This document shows positions 1 through 13,760 of a stretch of 64,000 nucleotides of DNA, piece by piece (the stretch's first letter is position 1; each line of letters opens with the position of its first letter). Source of the DNA: Rhina ancylostomus (lineage: Eukaryota); the NCBI GenBank assembly GCA_030265395.1, contig JARFYF010000063.1, positions 86,478,924 through 86,542,923 of the forward strand, given 5' to 3'. The notes beneath the pieces are model-generated. The model searched no databases, had not been told where the DNA came from, and saw nothing but the letters and a program-made list of their open reading frames with translations. Made by a program: the position numbers and the translations under genes.

Positions 1-64
1 AAGTAGTTTTTAACACTTATACATGTCTCGGTGTGTTTCTGTTGTTGCTGGTACGTAACACAGG

Positions 65-245
65 TTCCACACCATCTTGACTTGGAAATATACCACTGTT
101 TCTTCATCTTCACTGTGTCTAAATCCACAACTCCCTACCCAATGTAACAAAATGTAGGAGTTCCTTAACCAGAAGAATTGGAGTAAATCACATAGATGGG
201 CAATCAGTAATGGTCAAAGTGTCCACATCCTGTAAATGAAAAAAG
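65..245 (+). mobile_element. CR1-type LINE 3' end, degraded
   Basis: caccatcttgacttggaaatatac...gatgggcaat...ccacatcctgtaaatgaaaaaa resembles a chondrichthyan CR1 3' tail. Confidence 0.55.
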
Positions 246-1699
246 TAAAACCCTTTGTTGAGATTATCCCATTCAAAAATTTATTTGCTCATGGGTAATG
301 AGATCTTTCATTTAATCATGGATGTTAGGGATCTTTCATTTAATCACAGGTGTTGGAGTAGATCATTAAGTACATTTGAGAGCAGAGAACTGGTTTTATA
401 CACATTCCATTACACATCCAAATAAAGTAATTGTTATGATAAAATATGCTGCTTGCAATCCTCTATTTGCCAAGTTTCAGCGAACTAGTACTTGGCTGGC
501 TTAACAGCTCTATTTTGAGGGCAAGGCAGCATTGTTCTGTTTCTATATCAAAGCACCTTGGCTCATTTTCACATTTGAAGCAGGAGACTTTCAGTGTCTT
601 TCACAAAGTCTACCAAAAGTAAACAATGGAAATGAAAGAAATACTGGCTTTGGGAAGAAAAAATTACTTTTAGAAGCATGGTTTATAATAGGCACAAGTT
701 GAATTTGCTAAATTTGTAAGGTCAGGTTTGGTTAGTTTTAATTCTTCTCATCCATAACCATGTATGTCCTGATGCCATGTACCTTGTATGTTTTTATATA
801 TGTTAGCATTTTGTGAAAATTACTTGGATAACTCACTAACACTGACTTACACTGCCACCTGTGTTTGTGATGAAGATTCTGTCATATTGATTCTCAGTTT
901 TCAGTCACCCTTTGCCTTTTTTTATGGAATTTTTACAATTGGAAGAGGTTCTTTGTTACTTGGCTGGTAAAGTTGGATTGTATGTGTAGCTTCTAACAGT
1001 ATACCATGAAGAGGCATATTCGATTGTAGCACGCAAAAAGGAGTTGGATGAGCGTTTAAAACAAAAGTATCTGCAGTGCTGAATGGAGAGAGCAGGAAAG
1101 TGTGTTCAGCTGGATTGCTCTTAAATTGAACCATCACAGATGTGATGTAGTTATGAAATGATGTCACCTTCCATGCTGTAATCATTCCAAGATTCTAATT
1201 GTACCGTGAACAGCCACATTAATTTGCCCTGAGTCTTTCATTCATATAAACTCAAAACCTTCTTGAAACATCTTGATATTTCAATTTGCTGACAAGTGAT
1301 TTTAATACACACTTGTCCTGTGCCTGTGATGGTTGAGGCACTCAATTCCTATTAAAGCAGAGGTTAAATAAGTTTGGCTTGTCGATTTCATGATTCTTCA
1401 AAATAGCGAGATACCAGAGAGTCAGTGTGTCAATATCATCNNNNNNNNNNNNNNNNNNNNNNNNNNNNNNNNNNNNNNNNNNNNNNNNNNNNNNNNNNNN
1501 NNNNNNNNNNNNNNNNNNNNNNNNNNNNNNNNNNNNNNNNACCAGAGAGTCAGTGTGTCAATATCATCAATTTGTCGTGAGATGCATGTGTGTTTGTACT
1601 CAAAGCATTTGTGTCTTTTTAAAATTCATTTTGGGGAGACGGCTGATAGTGACAAGCCAGCATTCTTTGCTCATTGCCCTTGAGAATGTGAAGTGCATA

Positions 1700-3510
1700 G
1701 ATAGGGTAAATGGTAAGGAATGCCAGCCGAGTGGAGTATTTCATCATGTTCCTGATAGTGAAATGCTTTTGGGTGTGTGAAGTGAGTCACTTGCTGCAGG
1801 ACACCAAACCTTGAACCTACTTTTGTAGTCAGGATATTTATGTGGCTGATCCACTTGAGTTTCTTGTCAGTGGTCACCCCCAACATATTAAGGGTGGGGG
1901 TTTCAGCAGGAGTTGAGAATGGAATTGTACTACTGTGCAATCATTCACAAACATCCCCAATTCTGACCTTCGTGATGAAAGAAGGTTGTTGATAAAGAAG
2001 TTGAAGATGATCAGAGGCAACCCTGAGGAACTCCTGCAGTGATGTCCCATGCTGGAATCACTGACCTCCAACAATCACAACCATCTTTCTTTGCATGACG
2101 TGCAACTCAAGTCACTGGAATGTACAAAGGTGCTTTGTTGTCACATTCAATCAAATGTTGCCTTGACATCAAGGACTGGCACTTTCCCCACACCTCTGGA
2201 ATACAGCTCTTTAGTCCGTGTTAGGACGAAGGCTATGATGAGGTGAGCTGAGTGCTCCTGGCAAAACTAAAATTGAACATTTAGTGGGTGGGTGGGTGAA
2301 TGGCGAGTTGCACTGTTGACAACAGCTTTCATCCCTTTGATTGCAAGACAATCAATTAGACAGTAATTAATGGGATTGGATTTGTCCTGCTTTTTGTGAA
2401 TAGGACATAGCTGGGTAATTTTTCATATTGCTGGGTAGATTCTTTGGCTAGAGGCACCGCTGGTTCTGGAGCACGGGTCTTCAGTGTTACAGCTGGGATG
2501 TTGACTAGTACTATTAACTTTGCTGTATCCAGTCCTCTCAGCCATCTCTTGATATTATATGGATTGAATCAAATGGGTTGAACACTGGCTTCAGTGATTG
2601 TGGGGATATCCAGTGAAGCCAAGATGGATCATCTATTCAGCACTTTTGGCTGAATGTGGCTGTAAATACTTCAACTTTTTCTTCAGTACTCACGTGTGAG
2701 CCTTGCCATCATTATGGATGGGAATGCTTTTGGAGCTGTCTCCTGTTAGCAATTTCATTGTCCACCATCATTCATGATAAGATATGGTAGGACTGCAGAA
2801 CTTAATCTGGTCANNNNNNNNNNNNNNNNNNNNNNNNNNNNNNNNNNNNNNNNNNNNNNNNNNNNNNNNNNNNNNNNNNNNNNNNNNNNNNNNNNNNNNN
2901 NNNNNNNNNNNNNATAAGATATGGTAGGACTGCAGAAATTAATCTGGTCAGATGGTTTGTGATTACTTTGCTCTATTTTTTGCATGTTGTTTTTGCTGTT
3001 TAGCATGCATGTAGTCCTGTAAGTGCCACATTATGAGCCTGACACCTCATCATTTTTAGGTATGCAAGATGCTTCTCTTAGATTGCCTTTCTGCACTCCT
3101 CATTGAGTAAGAGTTGATGGTACTGGTAGGGAATGATCTGTTGGGCCATGAGGTTACAGATTTTCATAGTGTACATTTGTAACATCCACAGCACCTCTTG
3201 GATGCCCAGTTTTGAGCTGCCAGATATATTGTGAGTCTATCCTATTGAGCACATTTGTAGTTTTGGATAACGTGATGGAGGCTGTCCTTGGTATGAAGGC
3301 AGGACCAAACCTCCACAAAGACTTGTGTCAGTCACTTCTACCAATGCAGTCATAGACAGATACATCTGCCACAAATAGACTGGTGAGAATGAGGTCAAGT
3401 AAATATATCCCTCATGTTGGTTCATTTACTACTTGCCAGATCCAATCTCACAGCTACGTCCTTCAGGACTTGACCAGCCTGGTTTGTGTTGGTACTGCCA
3501 AGTCGCTTGT
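1700..3510 (-). mobile_element. Degenerate CR1-type LINE, RT region and upstream ORF2
   Basis: Minus-frame remnants IFNFFINNLLSSRRSELGMFVNDCTV (decayed FADD) and LGVTTDKKLKWISHINILTTKVGSRFGVL; many stops and frameshifts. Confidence 0.8.
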
Positions 3511-3974
3511 GTTAATCAGGAGGAGGTTTCCTTGTCCACGTGTGTCTTGCTGTCATGAGATATGCAATTTAGAAAGTGGGATCGGGAATTGAATCCCACA
3601 ATATGTATTTTTGTGTGTAGGCTGTTGCTCTGTTTTGAGTTACAAACTGCATTTTGAACTTTTTGCTTCAATCACATGATAGTTTATATTAAAAAAATTG
3701 GAACTACATAGAATTTGTCACATAGGAACCTGTTTTGGATAACAGGTTCTTCAAGCCAACTGGTTGTGCCAATGTTTACATTTCATTTTAATCTCCACCC
3801 ATTTTGCACCCATCTTTGTCAGCATATCCTCTGTTTCTTTCTCCTCTGTGTGCTTTCCTTTACATTTCTCTAAATGTATCTTCACTCTGTAATAGTAAGC
3901 TCAGTGTTTGTATCACCCCTTTGGTAAAGAAGTTTTGCTTGGGTCCTGTTGGTGTCTGCCTCATACTTGTGATC

Positions 3975-4100
3975 TCCAGGTCCCAAAATATCAACTTGCA
4001 CCTTTTGCTTCCACAAATGCTGTTTGACCCCCTGAGTTCGAACATCATTTTGTATTTTTTGTTTTAGATTTCAGCATCTGCACTCTCTTTTTTGTCTCTA
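3975..4100 (+). mobile_element. Single arm of Penelope-type terminal repeat
   Basis: ttccacaaatgctgtttgaccccctgagtt...agatttcagcatctgca is similar to the right arm and tail at 35690-35770. Confidence 0.55.
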
Positions 4101-5446
4101 TGATCTCTGAGCTTTGAATCATCCATAGATTTCTTATCAGGTTTATTTAGTTTATGGAAATAGTCTTCTATTTGTTCATACCTTAACAGTAGTCATTTGA
4201 GATGGCGGTGTTGAATTTCACATGGTTCTTGCTTAGCTCCATCATGGTTCATGGTATTCTTTTCCTTTTGAAATTTAAATATTTACATGCCATAAAACTG
4301 AAGCCTCAAGCAAGACTTTTAGTTTCTTTTTCCCTTTTCAAATTGAAGTTGTAAACAACTTTTAAGTTTTTCATTTCTGCTGAAGTAACAGGCATTCATG
4401 ATATGGTTGAAGAAATGGGATGAAAGGTGTTACTGAGCCGTGTGTGTGAAGTGGTGTGCTAACAACACTTGGCATGAGTCATCCAGTCAGGCTGTGACAA
4501 TGATTGTGCTTTTTTCACCCTCATCTGTTACTTCCTCTGAAACCAGAGTTCTTGGAGCTTTGTAACTCTTTCAAGCTGGCTAAGCTGGTATTGCTATCAG
4601 AAATTGATAGTTGGGACTCATCTGAATTATTGGGAAACAGTGAATGCTTACATGTGGTTAATACTGTTCCTCCCAAAAGATTCTGCACAACATCCTGTGA
4701 AGTTTTTTTTACTTGATATGAGCATGGTAAATTTGCAATAAAACAATTGTAGCATTATGTCTAAATTGTTAACAGACAAATCTTAAAATAGGGTTTTGTG
4801 AGAGATTGTAACAAGATGGGGGAATGAGTCAAAACTGCTGCTTCCATAGATTTTTCTTTATAACTGAAATAAATTGCCTCAATTGCCTTTTCAGACTCAT
4901 CTGCTTAACCATTCAGAGAGTTCATTGTGACAGCACTTCTTAATATTTCCATTTTTGTCTCATATACCTTTGTAATTTTGGTTAATAAAAAGCTTTTAAA
5001 AATTAACAACATACACAGGATGAAAAAATGTGGGCACAAGTTAAACCTCCGAACTTCTGTGTGAAGATATGCTTTTGAGTTTAATTCTTGAAAGAGCTCT
5101 CCCCATGTCTTCAGACTAGACTCTCCAACCAGCAGGAATATTCACACTCTGACTGTTCTGCTTCATTTAAGTAACCTTTGAGCTTCTGAATCCCATGGAA
5201 TATGAACATAGTTTGTATAATAACTTCTTATAGTTTAACCTCTGGAATTCTATGGTGTTTTCACACCGAGGTTAATGTGTTTTTCTTAATCTTCCTACTC
5301 TACTCAAGGTATGGTCTTTTTCCTCTTAAAAAGCAAGGTTTTGTCAACCTGTGCAATGCTTGGTAGTCTAGTCTTACGAATGTAGAGTTTTTTGATTATT
5401 TTCTGGAGTTGCCTGTAACGATTGGTAACATGGACTCCTAAGCCTG

Positions 5447-5590
5447 TATAGAACATAGAGCACTGTTTTGGACCACAATTTGTGCCGACATTTTATCCTG
5501 CTCTAAGATCTATCTAACCTTTCCCTCCCACATAGTTCCCCCATTTCTCTATCATTCATGTGTCTAATAGTCTCTTAAATGTCCTTATGT
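5447..5590 (-). mobile_element. CR1/HER1-type LINE 3' tail
   Basis: gtgccgacattttatcctgctctaagatctatctaacc is nearly the reverse complement of 62704-62742; ends in an atagaacatag tail repeat. Confidence 0.7.
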
Positions 5591-6717
5591 AGAAAGTACT
5601 CTACAGATAGAAAGTTCTATCTGCATCGGGTTCAAAGTGAATAACTTTGCATATTAAAATCCTTTTGCTCCAATTTTGTCCATTCACCTGGTCGATTGCT
5701 ATCTCTATGTAATTTTATGCCGCTACTATATGGCTTACAGTGCTACCTGTTCAGTATCTTTGACAATGTTGAACATAACACTGTATCTCGCTCCACTATT
5801 GACAGCTAGGCCTTTACCTGCCTGGATCCCATTTTCAAGAATTCTCTTTAAAACTCTTCTGATTTTCTATCTCCTTTAAGATATTTCATAGTATCTACCT
5901 TCTCTTCTGAGTTTTTAAGAGGTATTTCTTACCCCTTCTCCTTTAGCACAGCATTGTGTTTTCTGTTAGCTTTGTGATATTCTGCATGGCCTTTTTAAAA
6001 AAAATTACATTGAAAAATAATAAATGTATTGTGAGTTTTGTTTTTATCATCTGTTATTACATTACTTAAATTGAATAGGGAAAGAACCTGTAACCAGAAA
6101 AATGCCAATGTTGAATCCATCCTTACGGGATAGAGTTTCTTTTTTATCATTAGCAAAGCTGTGCTGTTTTGAAAACCTGGCTTGCCTAAAAACATGACAT
6201 GTAACGCAGATCTAAGACTTTAAAATGATAAATTATGCATGTTTGTACAAAGCTTCCAATTTTATAAGTCTCACACAGGAATGAGCCATTCAGCACAACA
6301 AATTATCTTGACATTTGGATCTCTCTTTGAGAACTTAGTTAAGACATCTTTTCCCTCCCCGTAAAATCTATATTATTGACAAAATAGGACTTTAACCAAT
6401 TAATTGAATCTTGCCTTTTTAAGGTAGCTGCCTCTTGTTTTTGCCATCCCACAATCTACTGCTGGAAATTTCAATCGGAGATTTAACTGATTTGTAAGAA
6501 CATTTACAGTTATTTGAATAATGCAAACAAAATGCTGGTAAATAAATTATTTATGGCTATATTGACAAGCAAAAGGGGATTTATCTACATTTAAGATCAA
6601 TAAATGTGGGATTTTTCTTTTCCTGTTCTGCACCATCCAGAGTTCACCGGAAAAAGTTTCAGCTACTACAGTACATGATTTTCTGAGTCATCTCATTCAT
6701 GGCAACAAATTGTAGAT

Positions 6718-7075
6718 GTGGATCAACTGGTGCAGTTGCTCACTTTCTTGCTTCTGAGTCACAAGTTTCTGTGTTGAAGTCCAACTCCAGAGATTTCAGC
6801 ATAAAACTGAAGGATTAAATGCTAGGAGCGTATTGAGCACCACTCCTGTCAGTGGTGCTGTTCTTTGGATGAATCATTGACCTGAAACCTGTGGCATTTG
6901 AAGGTAGATACATGTGATTATATGATAGCATTTTGAAGAACGGGAGTGTTATCTCTTGGCTCCTGGCATATGTTTGGCTTTCAGTCAGCATCAATAAAGT
7001 TTTTTGGTTGCTTTCATATTATTGTTTATGGGATCTTGCTGTGCACACTTTGCTATGCCGCAGTGATTATAGGAA
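6718..7075 (+). mobile_element. DeuSINE (SacSINE1-like), old
   Basis: tRNA-like head cttctgagtcacaag..tgaagtccaactccagaga and Deu-domain end ttgtttatgggatcttgctgtgcac. Confidence 0.65.
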
Positions 7076-8029
7076 AGGACATCCATAAATGCATGTCTGT
7101 CCATCCATCTATCTCGCCTTCTTGCTTCCTTTCTAACTTTCTGTATTTTTGATGTGAACATGCAGAGATAAGCCCAGCTTACAAACTCGCATGCCCAGCA
7201 ACAATGTAAAAGGATCCCACGTCCTGATGACGCTCTATAAAAATGATGCTTCCTTCCTGCTAATATGATATGCAATGAAGAGAATTGGGAAGGGAGGGTC
7301 GAAGTTTTAAAGAATAAGTGGATAGTGGGATCCAGAAGAAGGGTGAAGGTAACAAGCGAGGTTTTCAGACATTTGGTTAATTAAAAATCAGTGTGATTAT
7401 GTTTTAGTAATTTAAATACTGATTTATTTTTATTAACCTATGCAAGAATGAGCTATCCATCGTCTTACTCCTTTTAAACTTGTTTCCCTGTAGTCTTAAG
7501 CACTCTATGAAGTTAATTTGGATAATGTCTCCATTATGTTCTGATCTTAAGTTATTACTTGCTTTAGTGAATGTTTTACAAATGCATAATGAATAAACTG
7601 AACCATTAACTGTGCAGACACATGCAATCCTTTATTCCTTGTGCTGTCTTAGTCCCACTGGCTGTTTGAATATCCCTTAACATTGCAATAGGGATGTCTT
7701 TTGAAATATTGGATTGCTCCAGCACCATGGAACAATAATCTCTGCTGGTGCAATAATATCTTCAGTGATATTTCTGAAACTGGAATGCTAAATAACAATT
7801 TGTATTGGGATAGTATTTTCCATGATAATGTAAAAATGCAGAATTAGAGTGGGCCTTATGGCCTCTGGAGCCATTCAGCAAGATTATGAAGTTCAGTTTC
7901 CTGCCTGAACACTGTCTTCTCTGTAACGTTCATGCTCAAAAATCTATTTCTCACCCTTTAATATACACAATGACTGAGCAGTCACACCCATTTTAGCAGG
8001 GAATTTGAAAGGTTTTCAACACTTGGGGG

Positions 8030-8295
8030 TGGCTCAGTTTGATCCTGACCTCTGGTGCTTATTTTCCTTGAGACCTCATGGGTTTCCGTCAGGGTGTTCT
8101 AGTTTCCTCCCACATCCAAATGACATTGGTTGGTAGGTTAATTAGCTGCTGTGATTTGCCCTGAGCGTGAAGGGTGAGTGGTAGAATTGATGGGAATGTG
8201 GGGAGAATAAAATGGGATTAGTCTAGGGTTAGTGTAAATGAGTGCTTGATGATCAGCACAGGCTTGGTGGTCTGTTTTTGTGCTGTATGATTTAG
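8030..8295 (+). mobile_element. HE1-like V-SINE inserted into a minus-strand CR1 3' fragment (~7835-8480)
   Basis: V-domain gggtttcc..agtttcctcccacatccaaa..ggtaggttaattag and tail ctgtttttgtgctgtatga; similar to 41690-42020. Confidence 0.7.
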
Positions 8296-10930
8296 AAAGA
8301 AAAAAATCATCGTGTTCTGTCCCAAATAGCTGACCAATTATCTTGATAATATTCCTCCAAGTTTTGAATTCTTCAGTCAGAAGAAACTATTTCATCATAT
8401 CTTTCCTGTCGATCTCTCTCAGAATTTTCTATGTTTCTATGTGGTCACTTCACAGTCATCTAAATTTCTCACTCCGTTTCAACAAGTGACCATAACAAAT
8501 AACTAAACTATTTCAAGTGGTTATTACTTTCTGTGGTTAAGAAAACACTTTGGTATGTAAGTAGTAAAGGCATTACTTACTGGTTTGGAACTGTGTCACC
8601 AAATATTAAAGTAAGATCCTAGATTTAAGTTGCTGCACCATTTTCTTATTCTTGCACCTTTGTGAGATTATTCCTTACACTTCATCTTTCCGATCTCATA
8701 AACTCAAATCTCATTGGTGTCTCCTACTACTGCAGGCATCAAGATTGAGGTTCATAATCATATGTGTGAATTTTTTGGAAGGGTCATTTGGAAGATGGTT
8801 TAATTTGCGGGACAGGAGGAAAAAATGGGGAGTGGGACTGGTTGGATGGCCTTTGCAAAGAGCTGGTACAGGGACCTTGGACTGAATGTATCATTCTGTA
8901 TTAGTCTTCAGCTATTCCTTGGTATTCTTTTGTTTTCATGAATTGTAAAAGAGATTCTTGTTGTTGAACGTTTAGTGACAAACCACATTGTATTTTAACT
9001 AAAAATGCCGGCTGCAGGATGTTTTCTTTGGTGGGAGGTCTTGCTCCTTTGTTGCAGAGAAACAATTCGCTGTGCTTGAGTAACTAATGACAGTAGTTTT
9101 AACATGTGCAAGGATAAAGCCTGTTATTTATTTCTGCTGCCAGGTCAGCACTAACAGATAACAACTTTTAACTTGGCACAAGAGTTCTGCTATGTTCATT
9201 TTTAACAGCTGTTTCACCTGACGTGACACAGAATCACATTTCGAAGTTAGTAGTTTGCATTTACATTCTGACTTAGGCCTGTTTTATATCCTAGAGGAGG
9301 GGGAAAATTAATGAGCTAATGACATCAGATGTGCATTTCATTTGATGTCCGTCCCTCCCTTCTCTATTTGCTGTGTTTTAAAAGTTTGACGGTAGAGCAT
9401 TTTACTTTAAATGCAAATGACCATTTCTCATGATGGATGCAGCCCAGTGGATCAGAAAGCAATTGAGTGCTTGGTGTTGTTGTAACACACTTGGTTTTTA
9501 TAGGAACAGTGGCTGTGAGTTTAATTTCTCTTGGGAAGCTGCAGCAGATGAATAGCATTTCACAAGTGTTGAGAACAACTTTGAAACATAAGCTTGGCAA
9601 TCTAATTACTGGCCCTTTTCGCAAGAAGCAATCAATGTTAACGTGCACTTTAAGTTTAAAATGTGAGTTGATTTATTCCTGAGTCTGCATTCCTGAATTC
9701 ACAGAGACCCATCAATAGATAAAATGCTGTTACAAAATTAAGGCATTCCACTGCAAGGTCAGGAAAGTATTTGCTTTAAAGCAGCCCTTTAGATGTTATT
9801 GCTGCTTTAATGCATTAGCCTGCTGCCCAACTAAATATTAAGGTGTTTGAGATTCCCTTAGTTCTTCAGCTCTTGTGATAAAATAGCAGATCCCAAGGCA
9901 TTTTCCCATGACATGAAATGCACCTAAACAGCTGTTAATGGAATGGCATTGCAGGTGAACCCGAGGACAGCCATAGGGTCAGTGTTCTGTGTCAGGGTAA
10001 ACAAAAATGCACAGATTTTCAGTGTGAGCATTTCTGAATTTAAATACATTATTTGGTTTGAAAATGAATGAGTTACCATAAGATAATAGAGTAATGAAGC
10101 ATTAATTATTTGCACATTAAAACAAACTCAGGATAGTGGAAACAGGTACAGCGGTAGCTTTCAAAAAGGGAATTGGATAAGCGCTGAAGAAGAACTGTTG
10201 CAGAGCAATGGGGAAGGTCTGGGGGATTAATAGGATAGTTTTCACAACGGGGCAGCACAGGCAGAAGAGGACAAATGGTTTCCAGTGCAGCATATTTCTG
10301 TGATTGGAAATTTGGAGTAAACTTGCAGGATTAATTAAACAGTATGCAAAATTTTGCTCAAGGATATGATTCAGCTGGTCATTTAAATAAAGGGGGGGGC
10401 GTTTCACATCCATGTTGAATAAAGTTGAAACTAATTTCATTTTTATGTTTTGGCATTCTTGTTGCTGTTTGCACTCCCTGTTAACACCATTTAAATCTGG
10501 GGAAATTCGTAAACATTGGCCTTGGTAAAACATCAGCAACTGTGTCGGTGTACCGTATCTCAAAGTAAATTCTTGGATGAAAGAATGAGGTCTTATTTAG
10601 GCTATTAGTGCAGTATAAATCAATGAATATCTCTGGTTCTCTTTTCATTGTGGGTGTGCAATCTGCTTTTGTAGGTTTAAAAGTTTAAGTGGGAATGGTA
10701 AGAACATATGAGCTTCAGTGCTTGAAACAGAGGTGGGTTATTTGGTCCCTTTTGCCTGTTCTGACATTCAATAATATCATGGCTGATCTCTTACCTCCAT
10801 ATTATCTTTTTGCACAAACATCATATCACTTGAAATCCTTGGTTTCTAAAAATCAGTTGATTTCCTTCTTGATTACGCTTGGTGACTGTGCCCCCACAGC
10901 CCTCCACAAGAGTTTCAAAAGATTAAATCC

Positions 10931-11119
10931 AAAAAAACTGCAGGTGCTGGAAATCTGAAATAAAAGCAGAAAATGCTGGAAATACTCAGCAGGTCAGACC
11001 ATATCTGTGGGAAGAGACAATGAACGTTTCGGGTTGACTTGAAACGGTATCTTTGTTTCTCTTCTCACAAATGTGGCCCGTCCTACTGAATAATTTCAGC
11101 ATTTTCTGTTTTTATTTTT
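10931..11119. mobile_element. Penelope-derived fold-back element nested in a minus-strand CR1 3' fragment (~10700-11215)
   Basis: Left arm aaataaaagcagaaaatgctggaaatactcagcaggtc.. pairs with right arm ..cctactgaataatttcagcattttctgtttttattt. Confidence 0.7.
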
Positions 11120-11214
11120 GAGAGATTCGCTCCCCTGTGGATAAAGAAATTTCTCTTCATCTCCTTCTTGAATTCCTGCCCCCTTTAGTTTGAGACTGTG
11201 ATCCCAGATTCCAG

Positions 11215-11535
11215 GCAATAATTGGCACATTCTTCCACTTCTGACTTTATGGAAAGAAGGTCATAGATGAAGCAGCTAAACATGATTGGGCTTGGGACAC
11301 TGTTGTGAGCAATTCTGAAGATGGGATGATTGATCGCCAACAAGTACAACATCTTTCCTTTGTGCGAGGTATGACAGTAAACACTTTTCCCTTTGCTTGT
11401 TAACATTTTACACAGCTGTTTGAAGCTCCCCTTAATCAAAACTACCTTGATTTGAAGGGCAGTCATTTTTACCTTGCCTCTAGAATTTAGTTCTGTGGTC
11501 AATGTTTGGACGAAGTCCATGATGCTGCCTGTAGG
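11215..11535 (-). mobile_element. CR1-type RT fragment (same family as 1700-3510)
   Basis: ORF 11185-11538: VQTLTTELNSRGKVKMTALQIK...SVPSPIMFSCFIYDLLSIKSEV. Confidence 0.7.
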
Positions 11536-13439
11536 CAATCAAATATAAAAACACAATACCAATTTGTCATTTGTCTCTGACAAAGGTGAGCTTCAAGGCC
11601 GGTATGATATTCCAGGCAGAATTAGATTGCCACATCCTTTTTACATATTAANNNNNNTATTGAGCTTTTTTTTTTACCTTGTGTATCTTAGTGCCACTGG
11701 ACTTATCTGTCCAGCTATCACCAAATGAATAAGTTTATAAACAGGGTGATTCTTGTTTCTCATTGAAGTGTTTTCCAACATGGTGGATTTTAAGGAAGGA
11801 ATATATTTCATATCTCATATGTGAAATTTTCCAATTCTGTCTTTAACTATTCGGCTGAGCAATCAGTTTGGTTTTGTTTCATTGGCAACTTTGTACCTTT
11901 TGAGCACCTGGTTCATGTCCATGGTTAATCTTTCCTCCAGGAGAAATAATTTGATAGCTGTAAACTGGAGGTCGCATACATCTGCCTGAAAACATTTTAA
12001 AGTGCAGACAGATAAAATGACTTCCATTGAACCAGCTCAACACCCCACCTACCACCTGCTATCTCCTATTTTGTTTATGCATAAACAACATTGGTTTCTT
12101 TTGAAGTATAACTATTACACCCAAAAGGTATTTCTGACTTTATTAGTCAGAATAAAGTGTGAAGTTAGTGTGTAAATCAACAGATTTATTAAACACTTGG
12201 TTTAGGAATTACTGGAAGGCTTGCCTCATTGTTGAAACAACAGATCTGATAATTAAGTCTGACAATTCCAACGGGAGTTTAAAATGACTCGGTAATGACC
12301 AGTGTTATGCCTCTTTTTTAAATTGCTAACTGCTTGGAAACAGATATTAATTTAGAAAGCAGCCAGGATAGGTAAATGCCTTGGATTCGAATTACTTGTG
12401 TTGCAGAAGACATTGTGACATGACTTGATTGAACTTGCTTTCAGCCCAGAGAAAGGGATCAGACATTTACTATTCATCTTTTTCTTTCAAATATGTTAAA
12501 GGATCATTTGCAATTGAAAGCTGAATCTGCAGTAATCACAGCAGTAATGATTCATCAATTATTATTAAGATTATATTACATTTAAAGATCAGTACCAGCT
12601 TGGAGAAGATTCGATTTGCCACTATCTTGTCCCAATGAAAGTGTACATACTCTATTTAATAACTAAATATATTTGATAATGCTTAAGCTACAAAATGATT
12701 TCATGCATTAGTATTTGGATAGCTTGCAGTTCCAGTAATTTATCCATTTATGTCATGTCAAATAATGCAGGACTGTTAGGGATTTCTCTCAAACATTTCT
12801 CATGCAAGATAAATGTATCTGGTGAATCAAGAAATTGTTTTTTTTTAAACCTCGGTTCAATCATGCACATCCCTTTTAGTGCATTCAGTCACTGCCAAAG
12901 ATTGACTATACTTGGACCAAGTAGGAAAACATCTCTTTCGCTTCCACTAAAATTTGCAGAAATGAAAAGCTGAATCCGATTCATGAAGTCAGCAACATAG
13001 TCTGACGTAAAACCAAACACTATGAAACCAATGTGGCAGCTTAGGGTTGATGTAGAGGTAAACCAAAAATCTAATTGGCTGAGGGAATAGAACTTAAGTG
13101 GTGAATGCCTTGGTTGGTTTTGTTCGTATGTTTAAAATTACCATGTGTTTATCATGAAGGTAGAAACTAGCGAATAGGAACTTTTTTTTTTATCTTTTGC
13201 AGTTCTTGTAATCTTGTCTACATAATTGTAAATAACCTCAAAATAGTTTCTCGTGTGGGAAACATGATGAAATATTTAACATTTTCCTTTTATTCTGCAT
13301 CATCATGAGTCTCCAAATGACCAAACAAGTGAATAGAACTCTAATTCGTAGTCAGCAGCTTGTGTTTTATTGCCTCGAGTATTCAAGGAGCTAATTAAGT
13401 AATCTGCATTCTGATATTTTCAATCCTTGAGGTGATTTA

Positions 13440-13760
13440 AATGAAACTGTACTGATTAATACCATAAACACTTGGATTGGAAATGAGGCTAGAATATAAG
13501 TATCAACAGTGGTAGGCAAAAACCTGAGCTCAGTTCTGCATCCAATGCTGGGCATTGCAAGCATTAGAATAACAGTCAAAGCCTTGGAAAAGCTACGTTG
13601 GAGATGTGCCAAAAATGTACTGCCATCAGGAACTGGAGAAGCTGAGATTGTTCTCTCGAGCAGAGAAGGTTAAGGGGTGATTTAGTACAAGTGTTGAAAA
13701 ACACGAGAGATTTTGGAGACTAAGAAAGAAGAAATTACCACCAATAGAGGGGCAATAACT
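13440..13760 (+). mobile_element. CR1 LINE 3' ORF2 fragment
   Basis: aaagccttggaaaag..actggagaagctgagattgttctctcgagcagagaaggttaaggggtgattt resembles the CR1 C-terminal LEKLGLFSLEQRRLRGDL segment. Confidence 0.65.

Noticed and set aside
302-357. 28-bp period duplication gatctttcatttaatca; similar micro-duplications at ~25737-25780 and ~59919-59964
   Set aside because: Two or three copies only, typical slippage; not CRISPR-like or an array.
10117-10563. 148-aa minus-strand ORF
   Set aside because: Non-ATG start, overlaps an antisense LINE tail, no recognisable motif.
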